64,000 bases of DNA from Acidimicrobiales bacterium (GCA_963663255.1 OY760141.1:1541295-1605294); one strand, 5' to 3'; shown: positions 36,782 to 45,821, counted from the first letter of the stretch. Made by a program: numbers and translations. Notes: generated by a model from the sequence alone, not told the origin.

Positions 36782-39226
36782 GTGATGGCTGATCTCGGCG
36801 ATCGGGCCCAGGTGGTGATCGTCGGTGGTGGGATCGTCGGCTGTTCTATCGCGTACCACCTGACCCGTCGCGGGGTGACCGATGTGCTGCTCATCGAGCA
36901 GGGGCAGCTCACCAGCGGCACCACCTGGCACGCCGCAGGGCTGGTCAGCCAGCTCAAGTCCAGCCACAGCCTGACCCGGCTGGCCACCTACTCGGCCCGG
37001 CTGTTCGAAGACCTCGAAGCCGAGACCGGCCAGGCCACCGGCTACCGGGCTCCGGGGTCTATCTCGGTGGCCGCCGACAACGAACGCTGGGAGGAGCTGC
37101 TGCGGGGTATGTCGATGGCCCGTACCGTGGGGGTGGACATACGCGAGATCGAGCTCGACGAGGCCCGCGAGCTGTGCCCGCTGCTCAACATCGACGACCT
37201 GGTGGGCGCGCTGTTCATTCCCCAAGACGGGATCACGTCGCCGGTGGACACCACCATGGCCCTGGCCAAGGGGGCTCGGGCCCGAGGCGCTCGCATCGTG
37301 CAGGGCATCGCGGTCACCGGCGTGGTCGTGGAGGATGGCCGCGCGGTGGGGGTGGACACCGAAGCGGGCCGGGTGGAGGCCGAGACCGTGGTGTTGGCCG
37401 CCGGCATCTGGACCCGCCAGCTGGCCGCCACCGCGGGGGTGAGCGTGCCGGTGCAGGCCTGCGAGCACTTCTACATCGTCACCGAGCCCATCGAGGGCGT
37501 GCAGCCCAACATGCCCACGGTGCGCGACCCGTCTAACTACACCTACTTCAAGGAGGAGACCGGCAAGGTCATGGCCGGCTTCTTCGAGCCTCGGGGCAAG
37601 GTCTGGAACCTCGACGGCATTCCCCGAGACCTCCAGTTCAAGACTCTGCCCGAAGACTGGGACCACGTCGGGCCGATCTTCGAGCGGGCCATACACCGCA
37701 TGCCGGTGCTGGGGGAGGCGGGCTTGCAGCTGTTCTTCAACGGCCCCGAGGCCTTCACCCCCGACGGGGTGTACTACCTGGGCGAGTCGCCCGAGGTGGA
37801 CGGCTGCTTTGTAGCCGCCGGATTCAACTCGGTGGGCATCCAGTCGGCGGGCGGTGTGGGCTGGGCGTTGGCCGACTGGATCGTCGATGACCACCCGCCC
37901 ATGGACCTCTCGGCGGTGGACATCCGTCGCTCGTTCGGATTCCAGTGCGAGCCCGCCTACCTCGACGCCCGCATTCCCGAGAGCCTGGGACTGCTGTATG
38001 CCATGCACTGGCCGTTTAGGCAGTATGAGACGGCCCGGGGCATCCGGATGTCGCCGCTGCACGACCGCATCGACGCGGCCGGGGCAGTGTTCGGCGAGGT
38101 CGGGGGGTGGGAGCGGCCCAACTGGTTCGCCGAGTCTGGTCAAGAAAGGGAGTACCACTACAGCTGGGGACCGCAGAACTGGTTCAAGGCCAGCGGGGTC
38201 GAGTGTGAGGCGGTCCGCAACGCGGTGGGCCTGTTCGACCAGACCTCGTTCGCCAAGTTCACCGTGGAGGGCCCCGACGCCATGGCCTTGCTCAACTGGA
38301 TCAGCGGCAACGAGGTGGATGTGCCGGTGGGCCAGTCGGTCTACTCCCAGTGGCTGAACGACCACGGCGGAATCGAGGCCGACCTCACCATGACCCGCCG
38401 GGGCGAGAACTCCTATTGGGTGGTCACCTCCGCGGGCACTGCTACCCGCGACTGGGCCTTGCTCAGGCGAGCCGCCCGGGGTCGCAATGTGGCCATCAGA
38501 GACGTCACTGACGATTACGCGGTGCTCGGGCTCATGGGGCCGAACTCGCGGGCGGTGCTCAGCCAGATCTGCGACACCGACCTCGGCAACGACGGCTTCC
38601 CGTTCGGCACCGCCCAAGACCTGAGCGTGGCCGGCGCCGATGTGTTGGCGCTGCGCATGACCTATGTGGGCGAGCTGGGCTGGGAGCTGTATGTGCCCCG
38701 CGACCAGGCCGTCGCCCTGTACGACGCTTTGGTTGACGCGGGCACTCCCCTAGGGCTGCGCCCCGCTGGCTACCACGCCATGAACTCGCTGCGCATGGAG
38801 GCGGGCTACTGCCATTGGGGCCACGACATAACCGACGAGGACACCCCGTTGGAGGCCGGGCTGGGGTTTGCCGTCGCTTGGGACAAAGCGGGCGGCTTCC
38901 GGGGTCGAGAGGCGCTGGCCGCCCAGCGGGAGCCGCCCCGCACCAAGCGCCTCATCAAGCTCCGCCTCGAAGACCCCGAGTGGCTGCTGTACCACGACGA
39001 GCCCATCTTTCGGGACGGCGAGATCGTGGGCCGCACCAGCAGCGGCATGTGGAGCTACACCGAGGGCCGAGCGCTGGCCATGGGCTATGTGGAATGCCCC
39101 GACGGCGTGACCAAAGACTGGCTGGAAGCCGGTCAATTCGAAATCGAGCCAGCCGGCCGCCGGATTGCGGCTACGGCGTCTCTTCGTTCGTTTTACGATC
39201 CCCGCAAAGAGCGGGTTCGACTCTGA
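36782..39226 (+). CDS. Dimethylglycine/sarcosine dehydrogenase-like FAD oxidoreductase with C-terminal GcvT (folate-binding aminomethyltransferase) domain
   Basis: 814 aa. N-terminal VVIVGGGIVGCSIAYHL (DAO fold). C-terminal FAKFTVEGPDA...LRMTYVGELGWELY GcvT-like region. The start may be ATG 36785. Confidence 0.85.
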   Translation: MMADLGDRAQVVIVGGGIVGCSIAYHLTRRGVTDVLLIEQGQLTSGTTWHAAGLVSQLKSSHSLTRLATYSARLFEDLEAETGQATGYRAPGSISVAADNERWEELLRGMSMARTVGVDIREIELDEARELCPLLNIDDLVGALFIPQDGITSPVDTTMALAKGARARGARIVQGIAVTGVVVEDGRAVGVDTEAGRVEAETVVLAAGIWTRQLAATAGVSVPVQACEHFYIVTEPIEGVQPNMPTVRDPSNYTYFKEETGKVMAGFFEPRGKVWNLDGIPRDLQFKTLPEDWDHVGPIFERAIHRMPVLGEAGLQLFFNGPEAFTPDGVYYLGESPEVDGCFVAAGFNSVGIQSAGGVGWALADWIVDDHPPMDLSAVDIRRSFGFQCEPAYLDARIPESLGLLYAMHWPFRQYETARGIRMSPLHDRIDAAGAVFGEVGGWERPNWFAESGQEREYHYSWGPQNWFKASGVECEAVRNAVGLFDQTSFAKFTVEGPDAMALLNWISGNEVDVPVGQSVYSQWLNDHGGIEADLTMTRRGENSYWVVTSAGTATRDWALLRRAARGRNVAIRDVTDDYAVLGLMGPNSRAVLSQICDTDLGNDGFPFGTAQDLSVAGADVLALRMTYVGELGWELYVPRDQAVALYDALVDAGTPLGLRPAGYHAMNSLRMEAGYCHWGHDITDEDTPLEAGLGFAVAWDKAGGFRGREALAAQREPPRTKRLIKLRLEDPEWLLYHDEPIFRDGEIVGRTSSGMWSYTEGRALAMGYVECPDGVTKDWLEAGQFEIEPAGRRIAATASLRSFYDPRKERVRL

Positions 39227-39247
39227 GACTCAAGGAGCGGCCAGCCA

Positions 39248-41680
39248 ATGCGCGATGAAGCCCAGGTTGTGATCATCGGCGGCGGGGCTATGGGCGCGGG
39301 CCTGTTCTACCACTTGGCCCACGAGGGCTGGACCGACACGGTGCTGGTGGAGAAGGGCGAACTGTCGTCGGGGTCCACCTGGCACGCCGCGGGTCTAATC
39401 CCCCACTTCATCGGCAGCCTTAACATGGCCAAATGCCATGCGGTGGCCCCCGACCTCTACGCCAAGATCGAAGAAGAGACCGGGCTGGCCAGCGGCTGGC
39501 ACGGCACCGGTGCCATCCGCCTGGCGCTCGACCGCCACCAGGTGGACTGGTTCCGCTACGTCAGCGGGATGCTCGACCTGGTCGGGATCGAAAACCACCT
39601 GATCGAGCCCTCCGAGATCCTCGACCACTGGCCTTTCATGGACGTGTCCGACGTGCTGATGGGCATATGGACCCCTCACGACGGCTGGACCGACCCCTCC
39701 AGCGTCACCGCGGCCATGGTCAAAGGGGCCCGGCAGTTGGGCGGCGAGGTCTATCGCCACACGCTGGTCACCGATATGAACCAGCTCCCCGACCACCGCT
39801 GGGAGGTGATGTGCGAGGTCAAGGGCGAAACCCACTGCATTGTGGCCGAGCACGTGGTGAACGCGGCGGGGTGCTATGCCCCCCAGCTCGGTGCCATGGT
39901 GGGCCTGGACGTGCCCATCGTGTCGGTGATCCACCAGTACCTCATCACCGAGGCCATGGCCGAGATGAAGGAGCTGGGCGACTTCGACCCGCCGGTGATC
40001 CGCGACCCCCGGGCGTCGGCCTACTACCGGAGGGAGATCGACTCGCTGCTGGTCGGTCCCTATGAGCGGGAAAACGCCCAGACTTATGGGCTCGAGGGCA
40101 TCGACTGGGACAAGCACTTCTATTTGACCCCGCCCGACCTCGACCAGCTCATGCCCTGGCTGATCGAGGCTGGCAAGCGGATACCGGCCTTCTCCGACGC
40201 CGGTATCAAGACCGTAGTCAGCGGGCCGATCACCCATACTCCCGACTCCGGATACCTCATGGGACCGGCGCCCGGCCTGCGCAACTACTGGCTGTGCGCG
40301 GGTGCTTCCATAGGGATCACCCAGGGTCCGGGCGCGGGCAAGTATCTGGCCCAGTGGATGGCGCACGGCCAGACCGAGATCAACGTGGCCGAGATGGATC
40401 CCCGCCGTTTCGGCGACCACTGCGGCCCTACCGGGCGGTACGCCATAGAGAAGGCCATCGACGAATTCCACGAGATGTACGCCACCCGCCTGCCCGGCGA
40501 GCAGCGCTTCGCTGGTCGTCCCCAAAAGACCGACCCCATCTACGACCGGCTCGACGCTAGGCAGGCGCAGTGGATGGAGATCTTCGGCTGGGAGCGCCCG
40601 CAGTACTACGGCGAGCCCGAGGCCCACACCTTCCGGCACTCCAACGCCTTCGACATCGTGGGGGCCGAGTGCAGGGCAACACGGGAGCGGGCCGGCATCG
40701 CCGATCTCACCGCCTTCTCCAAGTTCGAGGTGACTGGGGCCGACGCCGAGGTGCTGCTCGACCGTCTTACCGCCAACCGCATGCCGGCCAAAGACGGCGG
40801 GATGCGCCTGACCCACTTCTTGACAGAGCTGGGCGGCATCGAGACCGAGATGACCATCACCCGGCTGGCCCCCGACCGGTTTTACCTGAACTCGGCCATC
40901 GTCGGGCAGTTCCATGACCGGGACTGGCTGGCCCACCATGTGCAACCCGGCGAAGACGTCACCGTCACTGACAGAACTGACGACTTGGGCATCCTGGCCG
41001 TATCCGGCCCCCTTTCCCGCCAGATCCTGGGGCCCCTCACCGATGCCGAGTTGGAGGCGCCCGGATTCCGCTGGCTCACCGGTCAGGAGATCGAGGTGGC
41101 CGGGGTGCCGTGTCTGGCCCTGCGGGTGTCCTATGTGGGCGAGCTGGGCTGGGAACTGCACCACTCCCAAAAGCACACTGCCCAGCTCTACGACGCCCTG
41201 GTGGAGTCGGGCGAGCCGTTGGGCATGGTCCACTACGGCGCCTACGCCATGAACACCATGCGCATCGAGAAGGCCTACAAGGCGATGGGCTTCGAGCTCA
41301 CCACCGAGATCACTCCGGTGGAGGCCGACCTGGGCCGGTTTGTGGACTGGTCGGGCGAGTTCCAGGGCAAGAAGGCCTCCGAAGAACGGCTGGCCATGGG
41401 CGACGACATTGAGATGATCCTCGTGTACTGCGAGGTGGACACCACCGACAACGACTGCCGGGGCAACGAGCCGGTGTACGACGGCGAAGAGCTCATCGGG
41501 CTGACCACCTCGGGCACATGGGGCCACACCACCGGGCGCGGCCTGGCCTTCGTCTACGTGAAACCCCAGTACAAAGCACCGGGCACCCGATTCGAAGTGC
41601 AGCTTATGAGCGACCGCCGTCCGGCGATGGTGCTCGACGGACCCGCCTACGATCCGAACAACGAGAAACCGAGGGCTTGA
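39248..41680 (+). CDS. Second dimethylglycine/sarcosine dehydrogenase-like FAD oxidoreductase with GcvT domain (paralogue)
   Basis: 810 aa. VVIIGGGAMGAGLFYHL, FSKFEVTGADA, LRVSYVGELGWELH. Same architecture as the upstream gene but clearly diverged. Confidence 0.85.
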   Translation: MRDEAQVVIIGGGAMGAGLFYHLAHEGWTDTVLVEKGELSSGSTWHAAGLIPHFIGSLNMAKCHAVAPDLYAKIEEETGLASGWHGTGAIRLALDRHQVDWFRYVSGMLDLVGIENHLIEPSEILDHWPFMDVSDVLMGIWTPHDGWTDPSSVTAAMVKGARQLGGEVYRHTLVTDMNQLPDHRWEVMCEVKGETHCIVAEHVVNAAGCYAPQLGAMVGLDVPIVSVIHQYLITEAMAEMKELGDFDPPVIRDPRASAYYRREIDSLLVGPYERENAQTYGLEGIDWDKHFYLTPPDLDQLMPWLIEAGKRIPAFSDAGIKTVVSGPITHTPDSGYLMGPAPGLRNYWLCAGASIGITQGPGAGKYLAQWMAHGQTEINVAEMDPRRFGDHCGPTGRYAIEKAIDEFHEMYATRLPGEQRFAGRPQKTDPIYDRLDARQAQWMEIFGWERPQYYGEPEAHTFRHSNAFDIVGAECRATRERAGIADLTAFSKFEVTGADAEVLLDRLTANRMPAKDGGMRLTHFLTELGGIETEMTITRLAPDRFYLNSAIVGQFHDRDWLAHHVQPGEDVTVTDRTDDLGILAVSGPLSRQILGPLTDAELEAPGFRWLTGQEIEVAGVPCLALRVSYVGELGWELHHSQKHTAQLYDALVESGEPLGMVHYGAYAMNTMRIEKAYKAMGFELTTEITPVEADLGRFVDWSGEFQGKKASEERLAMGDDIEMILVYCEVDTTDNDCRGNEPVYDGEELIGLTTSGTWGHTTGRGLAFVYVKPQYKAPGTRFEVQLMSDRRPAMVLDGPAYDPNNEKPRA

Positions 41681-41681
41681 T

Positions 41682-43211
41682 ATGGCGCGACGTGCAGGAG
41701 GCAGGGCTGCCCGGGTGGCCATGAGGGAGGCTCCGCCCGAAGCCGACGCCCGGGCCGTTTGGCCGGGGATGCCCGGCGGTGCCTACAAGCCGCTGTCCGA
41801 AGGGCAATGCGACGATGTTTTCGAGGCATCCCTCGGGCTGCTGGCCGATCTGGGCATGGGGCAGGCCACCCCAGAGATCATCGAGGCGGTCACCGCCAAC
41901 GGGGGTCGAATGGACGACGACGACCGATTGCGGTTCCCCCCCGACCTCGTGAAGCGGATCGTGGACGGCGCCTGCAAGGAGTTCACCCTGCACGGCTTCG
42001 ACCCCGACCGGGGGGTGGAGATCGGCGGCAACCGGGTGCACTTCTGCACCAGCGGGGCCGCGGTGATGATGCTCGACCACGAGACCAAGCGCTTCCGCCC
42101 CAGCAACCTGGCCGACCTCTACGACGTGGCCCGGATTGTCGACACCCTCGACAACATCCACGTTTTCGTGCGGACTTTGGTGGCCCGCGACATGGAGACC
42201 TCCCGGGAGCTGGATATCAACACCGCCTACGCCATCGTGGCCGGCACCACCAAGCCCCTGGGGACGGCCATGTTCCAACCCGAACATGTTCACGAGTGCG
42301 TGGACCTGTTCGACATGGCGCTGGGCGCCGAGGGGGAGTTCGCCCGCCGGCCCTTCTGCATTGCCAACAACACCTTCGTGGTGCCGCCACTGCGCTACGC
42401 CGAGGATTCGGCCCTGTGCCTGATTGAACAGGCCCGCCGGGGCATGCCCATCAACCTGCTGTCGGCCGGGCAGGCCGGAGCCACCTCGCCGGCTGCGCTG
42501 GCCGGCTCGCTGGTGCAGGCCCTGGCCGAGTGCCTGGCCGGCCTCACTGCGGTGAACCTGATCGTTCCCGGCCATCCCTGCGTCATGGGCATGTGGCCGT
42601 TCGTGTCCGACCTGCGCACCGGGGCGATGAGCGGAGGCAGCGGCGAGGAGGCCATTATCAACGCGGCCGCCGCCCAAGTGGTGAACTACCTGGGCCTGCC
42701 GTCGGGGGTGGCCGCCGGCATGGCCGACTCCAAACTGCCTGACAACCAGGCCGGTGCCGAAAAGGCCAACGCCATCACCCTGGCGGCCAACGCCGGGGCC
42801 AACATGATCAATGAGACGGCCGGGATGCTGGCCAGCATCATGGCCTGCTCACTGGAGGCCTTGGTTATCGACAACGACATGCTGGGCTCCATCAACCGCA
42901 CCGTGCGGGGCATCGAGATCACCCCCGAGACGCTGTCGGCCCAAGTGATCGCCGACGTGGTGCACGGCGAGGGCCACTTCCTCGGCCAACCCCAGACCCT
43001 GTCGCTGATGCAAACCGAGTATGTCTACCCCCTCATCGGCGACCGCCTCAGCCCCGACGACTGGATCGACGCCGGTGCCCGGCTGATGGACGAAGTGGCC
43101 CACGACTACGTGACCGAAGTGCTCAGCCGCCCCAAACCCGAACACATCACCCCCCAAGCCGACGCCCGCATCCGCGAAGCCTTCCCCATCCACCTCCCCC
43201 CCATCCACTGA
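41682..43211 (+). CDS. MttB-superfamily (trimethylamine methyltransferase family) protein, non-pyrrolysine type
   Basis: Starts 1 nt after the upstream stop. N-terminus MARRAGGRAARVAMREAPP...PGMPGGAYKPLSE is typical of non-Pyl MttB homologues. 509-aa ORF with no in-frame TAG. Confidence 0.85.
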   Translation: MARRAGGRAARVAMREAPPEADARAVWPGMPGGAYKPLSEGQCDDVFEASLGLLADLGMGQATPEIIEAVTANGGRMDDDDRLRFPPDLVKRIVDGACKEFTLHGFDPDRGVEIGGNRVHFCTSGAAVMMLDHETKRFRPSNLADLYDVARIVDTLDNIHVFVRTLVARDMETSRELDINTAYAIVAGTTKPLGTAMFQPEHVHECVDLFDMALGAEGEFARRPFCIANNTFVVPPLRYAEDSALCLIEQARRGMPINLLSAGQAGATSPAALAGSLVQALAECLAGLTAVNLIVPGHPCVMGMWPFVSDLRTGAMSGGSGEEAIINAAAAQVVNYLGLPSGVAAGMADSKLPDNQAGAEKANAITLAANAGANMINETAGMLASIMACSLEALVIDNDMLGSINRTVRGIEITPETLSAQVIADVVHGEGHFLGQPQTLSLMQTEYVYPLIGDRLSPDDWIDAGARLMDEVAHDYVTEVLSRPKPEHITPQADARIREAFPIHLPPIH

Positions 43212-43269
43212 CAAAAGCCGGCCGAGTTGTATCACCCCACCCCGCCTGGCCTGGCAACACCGTAGAGAT

Positions 43270-43295
43270 CACCACGCCCTGAGGCGCTCGTGGTG
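43270..43295. terminator. Possible hairpin between convergent genes (weak terminator candidate)
   Basis: CACCACG (43270-43276) pairs with CGTGGTG (43289-43295) across a 12-nt loop. There is no U-tract on either strand, so it is weak. Confidence 0.25.
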
Positions 43296-43342
43296 GGCAA
43301 AAAGCCAAGATGTTGGGTGGCATCGCGACGATTTCGTCCAAT

Positions 43343-43816
43343 TCAGAAGGGGCTAAGCCGGCCGCTGTCGAGGAGTCTTTCTGCGGCGTCAATCACGGCT
43401 CGTGCGGTTTCGAGAGCCTGGCGGGCATCGTCCTCATTGACACCAGGAGACTCCTCGTCGGGATACTCGGTGCGGTTCCGACGACGACGTAGCCCATGTA
43501 GACGGCCGAAGACCTCCATCCCGCCGCGATCGTTGAATTGGGCTCGGACGGCGTCAATCACGGCGATGTGTCCGCCTCGAGTGGTTGAGCGCAGACCCTG
43601 AATCGCGAGCAGTGCCGCCGCCGTCTTGCGGGCGGCATCGTAGGAGAGCTGGAGTGCTCCAGCAGGGTCATCCTCAATGCCCTTGGAGGCGAGGTTGACG
43701 TGCGCGGCGGCATCGGCCATCAGCCGGCTCGTGACGTCATGGGAAGGTATGACACGTTCAACCTCCCCATCCGCGATCAACTGCTCCACTTCGGTACGAC
43801 CGCGCTCCCAGGTCAT
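43343..43816 (-). CDS. HEPN-domain protein (putative toxin of an MNT/HEPN pair)
   Basis: 157 aa, all-helical pattern. RSTTRGGH and RNRTEYPDE...EDDARQALETARAVIDAAERLL resemble the classical HEPN (R..H / RYP) layout. ATGA overlap with the upstream nucleotidyltransferase gene. Confidence 0.65.
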   Translation of the reverse strand: MTWERGRTEVEQLIADGEVERVIPSHDVTSRLMADAAAHVNLASKGIEDDPAGALQLSYDAARKTAAALLAIQGLRSTTRGGHIAVIDAVRAQFNDRGGMEVFGRLHGLRRRRNRTEYPDEESPGVNEDDARQALETARAVIDAAERLLDSGRLSPF

Positions 43817-44451
43817 CTGACCATTCCCATCTCTGGCTCAACTCCAGCAAACTCACCCGCCGAGTTCAGGTCATCGGCCACAAGGACAACAAGCAGCGGC
43901 CGCGACTTGACCTCCCGTATGAAACCTTCGCGCTCAGAATCCCACTGCTCGCGTGTGCGAACAGTCGCCTGGACGGGCATCCCAATGCGTCGTTCAACTC
44001 GTTCCGCGGCATCGTCTACTAAGTCGCGGTCTGCGTTTCCTATAACGAGTACGTCGATGTCGTTCGGCGCGCGCCCCGCCTCGCCAAAGTATCTAGCCGC
44101 CCAAGACCCGAACAGCATCACCGCGTCCGCCGCTTTGAGGTCCGCCAACTCTTCGGCGACCACCATGGGCAGGCCGTAGGTGGCCAGAATGATCTGGCGT
44201 ACTGCGTCGTAGAGAGGATGGCCGACATTGGCCCGAACCTGCCTAGACGAACCGACCCTCTCGGTGACAAAGAGCCCGGCCTGCTCTGCCCGACCAACCT
44301 CCCGTGACACAGTGGGCATGCTCGTTTGGGTGCGTGCCACCAAGTCGGACAAGGAATGGCTCATATCGGGGTCAGCAAGCACGCAAGCCAAGATCCGACC
44401 TTGCGCGTCCGACCGAAGGATGGGTGCGAGTGATGGTGCAGAAACTTTCAT
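43813..44451 (-). CDS. Winged-HTH + minimal nucleotidyltransferase (MNT) fusion protein (putative antitoxin/regulator)
   Basis: N-terminal wHTH-like SLSDLVARTQTSMPTVSREVGRAEQAGLFVTERVGSSRQV. C-terminal FGSWAARYFGEAGRAPNDIDVLVIG (GS...DxD polymerase-beta-type NTase motif). Confidence 0.7.
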   Translation of the reverse strand: MKVSAPSLAPILRSDAQGRILACVLADPDMSHSLSDLVARTQTSMPTVSREVGRAEQAGLFVTERVGSSRQVRANVGHPLYDAVRQIILATYGLPMVVAEELADLKAADAVMLFGSWAARYFGEAGRAPNDIDVLVIGNADRDLVDDAAERVERRIGMPVQATVRTREQWDSEREGFIREVKSRPLLVVLVADDLNSAGEFAGVEPEMGMVR

Positions 44452-44452
44452 A

Positions 44453-44474
44453 AACCGTATAGAACTATACGGTT
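44453..44474. promoter_or_regulatory. Perfect inverted repeat AACCGTATAG-AA-CTATACGGTT abutting the MNT start codon (candidate operator, or terminator of the upstream gene)
   Basis: Read directly: 10-bp arms with a 2-nt spacer, 1 nt from the start codon (44449-44451, minus strand), inside an unusually AT-rich 69-bp spacer. Confidence 0.45.
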
Positions 44475-44519
44475 AAAGGAAATAAACCTACAACTGGGAT
44501 TTAGCGGGGGAGCCTGAAC

Positions 44520-45821
44520 TCAGGCGTTCAGCAATCCCTCTTCGATGCGCTCGGCCATCACCTTTTGCGCCCACTCGATCTTGGCGGGGAGGTGCTCGGT
44601 GGGGAACAGTCCCTCAGACGGGCGGTAGTCCTTCAGCACCTGCTTGGCGATGGTGTCCTTGTGGACCTCGGTGGGGCCGTCGGCCACTCCGAAGGTGGGG
44701 GCCATCATCCACATGTTGGCCAACGGCGTCTCGTTCGACATGCCTAGCGATCCGTGGATCTGCATCGACCGGAAGACCACGTCCATCAGCACCCGGGGGG
44801 TGGCCACCTTAACCCCGGCGATGTACAGCCGGGCTTTGGAGGTGTCGGACTGGTCGATCTGCCAGGCGGCATGGAGCACCTGCAAGCGGAACTGCTCGAT
44901 CTGGACCCAAGAGTCGGCGATCATGTGCTGCACTGCCTGCTTCTCGGCCAACAGCGAGCCCTTGGTCTCCCGGCTGAGGGCCCGCTCGCACATCATGTCG
45001 AACGCCTTTTTGGCCGTGCCCACCGAGCGCATGGCGTGATGTACTCGGCCCCCGCCCAGGCGGGTTTGGGCGATCTTGAACCCGGCCCCCTCCTCGCCCA
45101 TGAGGTTCTCGGCGGGGACGCGGCACTCGTTGAACCGCAGGTAGCTGTGGGAGCCGTGGTCGCGGCGCTCGCCGCCCACCCCGACGTTGCGGACCAGCTC
45201 CAAGCCGGGGGCGTCGTGGGGCACCAGCATCATCGACGATCCCCGGTACACCGAGACGTCGGGGTTGGTGATGAGCATTACGATCAGGAACTCAGCCCGC
45301 GGGTAGTTGGAGGCGAACCACTTCTCCCCGTTGATCACCCACTCATCGCCGTCGCGATGGGCGGTGCAGGTGAAGTGGTTGGGATCGGATCCGCCCTGGG
45401 GCTCGGTCATGGAGTAGCAGGTTGAGATTTCCCCGGCCAGCAGCGGCTTGAGGTACTTCTCCTTCTGCTCATCGTTGCCGTAGTGGGCCAAAATCTCGGC
45501 GTTGCCCGAGTCGGGGGCCTGGCTGCCGAACGCGGAGGGTCCGAACGAGGAGCGGCCCAGGATCTCGTTCATCAGCGCCAACTGCACCTGGCCGAAACCC
45601 ATGCCACCCATCTCGGGCTTGAGGTGGCAGGCCCACAGCCCCCGGTCCTTCACCTTCTCCTGGATGCGGCGCAGTTGCGACTGCACCTCCTCGTCGGTCT
45701 TGTCGAACGGCGACCGCCCCCGGAAGTAGTGATCCAGCGGCTCGATATCGGTGTGCATCAGCTCGGTGAGCCAATCCAGATGATCTTGAAATTCAGGGTC
45801 AGTAGAAAAATCCCAGGCCAT
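44520..45821 (-). CDS. Acyl-CoA dehydrogenase family protein (ACAD10/11-like long form)
   Basis: 433 aa. MTEPQGGSDP, and C-terminal FGVADGPTEVHKDTIAK motif. Confidence 0.9.
   Translation of the reverse strand: MAWDFSTDPEFQDHLDWLTELMHTDIEPLDHYFRGRSPFDKTDEEVQSQLRRIQEKVKDRGLWACHLKPEMGGMGFGQVQLALMNEILGRSSFGPSAFGSQAPDSGNAEILAHYGNDEQKEKYLKPLLAGEISTCYSMTEPQGGSDPNHFTCTAHRDGDEWVINGEKWFASNYPRAEFLIVMLITNPDVSVYRGSSMMLVPHDAPGLELVRNVGVGGERRDHGSHSYLRFNECRVPAENLMGEEGAGFKIAQTRLGGGRVHHAMRSVGTAKKAFDMMCERALSRETKGSLLAEKQAVQHMIADSWVQIEQFRLQVLHAAWQIDQSDTSKARLYIAGVKVATPRVLMDVVFRSMQIHGSLGMSNETPLANMWMMAPTFGVADGPTEVHKDTIAKQVLKDYRPSEGLFPTEHLPAKIEWAQKVMAERIEEGLLNA

Noticed and set aside
36773-38617. A 614-aa minus-strand ORF antisense to the first DMGDH-like gene
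   Set aside because: Same reasoning: low-complexity Arg/Gly/Val/His composition and no motifs, opposite a gene with clear FAD and GcvT signatures.
39395-41722. A 775-aa open reading frame on the minus strand spanning almost the entire second DMGDH-like gene
   Set aside because: It exactly shadows a strongly supported plus-strand gene. The product is Arg/Gly/His/Pro-rich with no recognisable motif. Stop-free antisense frames are expected in GC3-rich DNA.
41682-43211. Looked for an in-frame amber (TAG) codon that would indicate a pyrrolysine-containing MttB
   Set aside because: The ORF is continuous for 509 codons with no internal TAG. No pylTSBCD-like genes are in the window. I therefore call it a non-Pyl family member.
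43212-43342. Spacer downstream of the MttB gene examined for a tRNA fragment, att site or direct repeat that could mark insertion of the MNT/HEPN pair
   Set aside because: I found only a weak hairpin (43270-43295). I saw no matching repeat on the other side of the module (44452-44519) and no tRNA-like structure.
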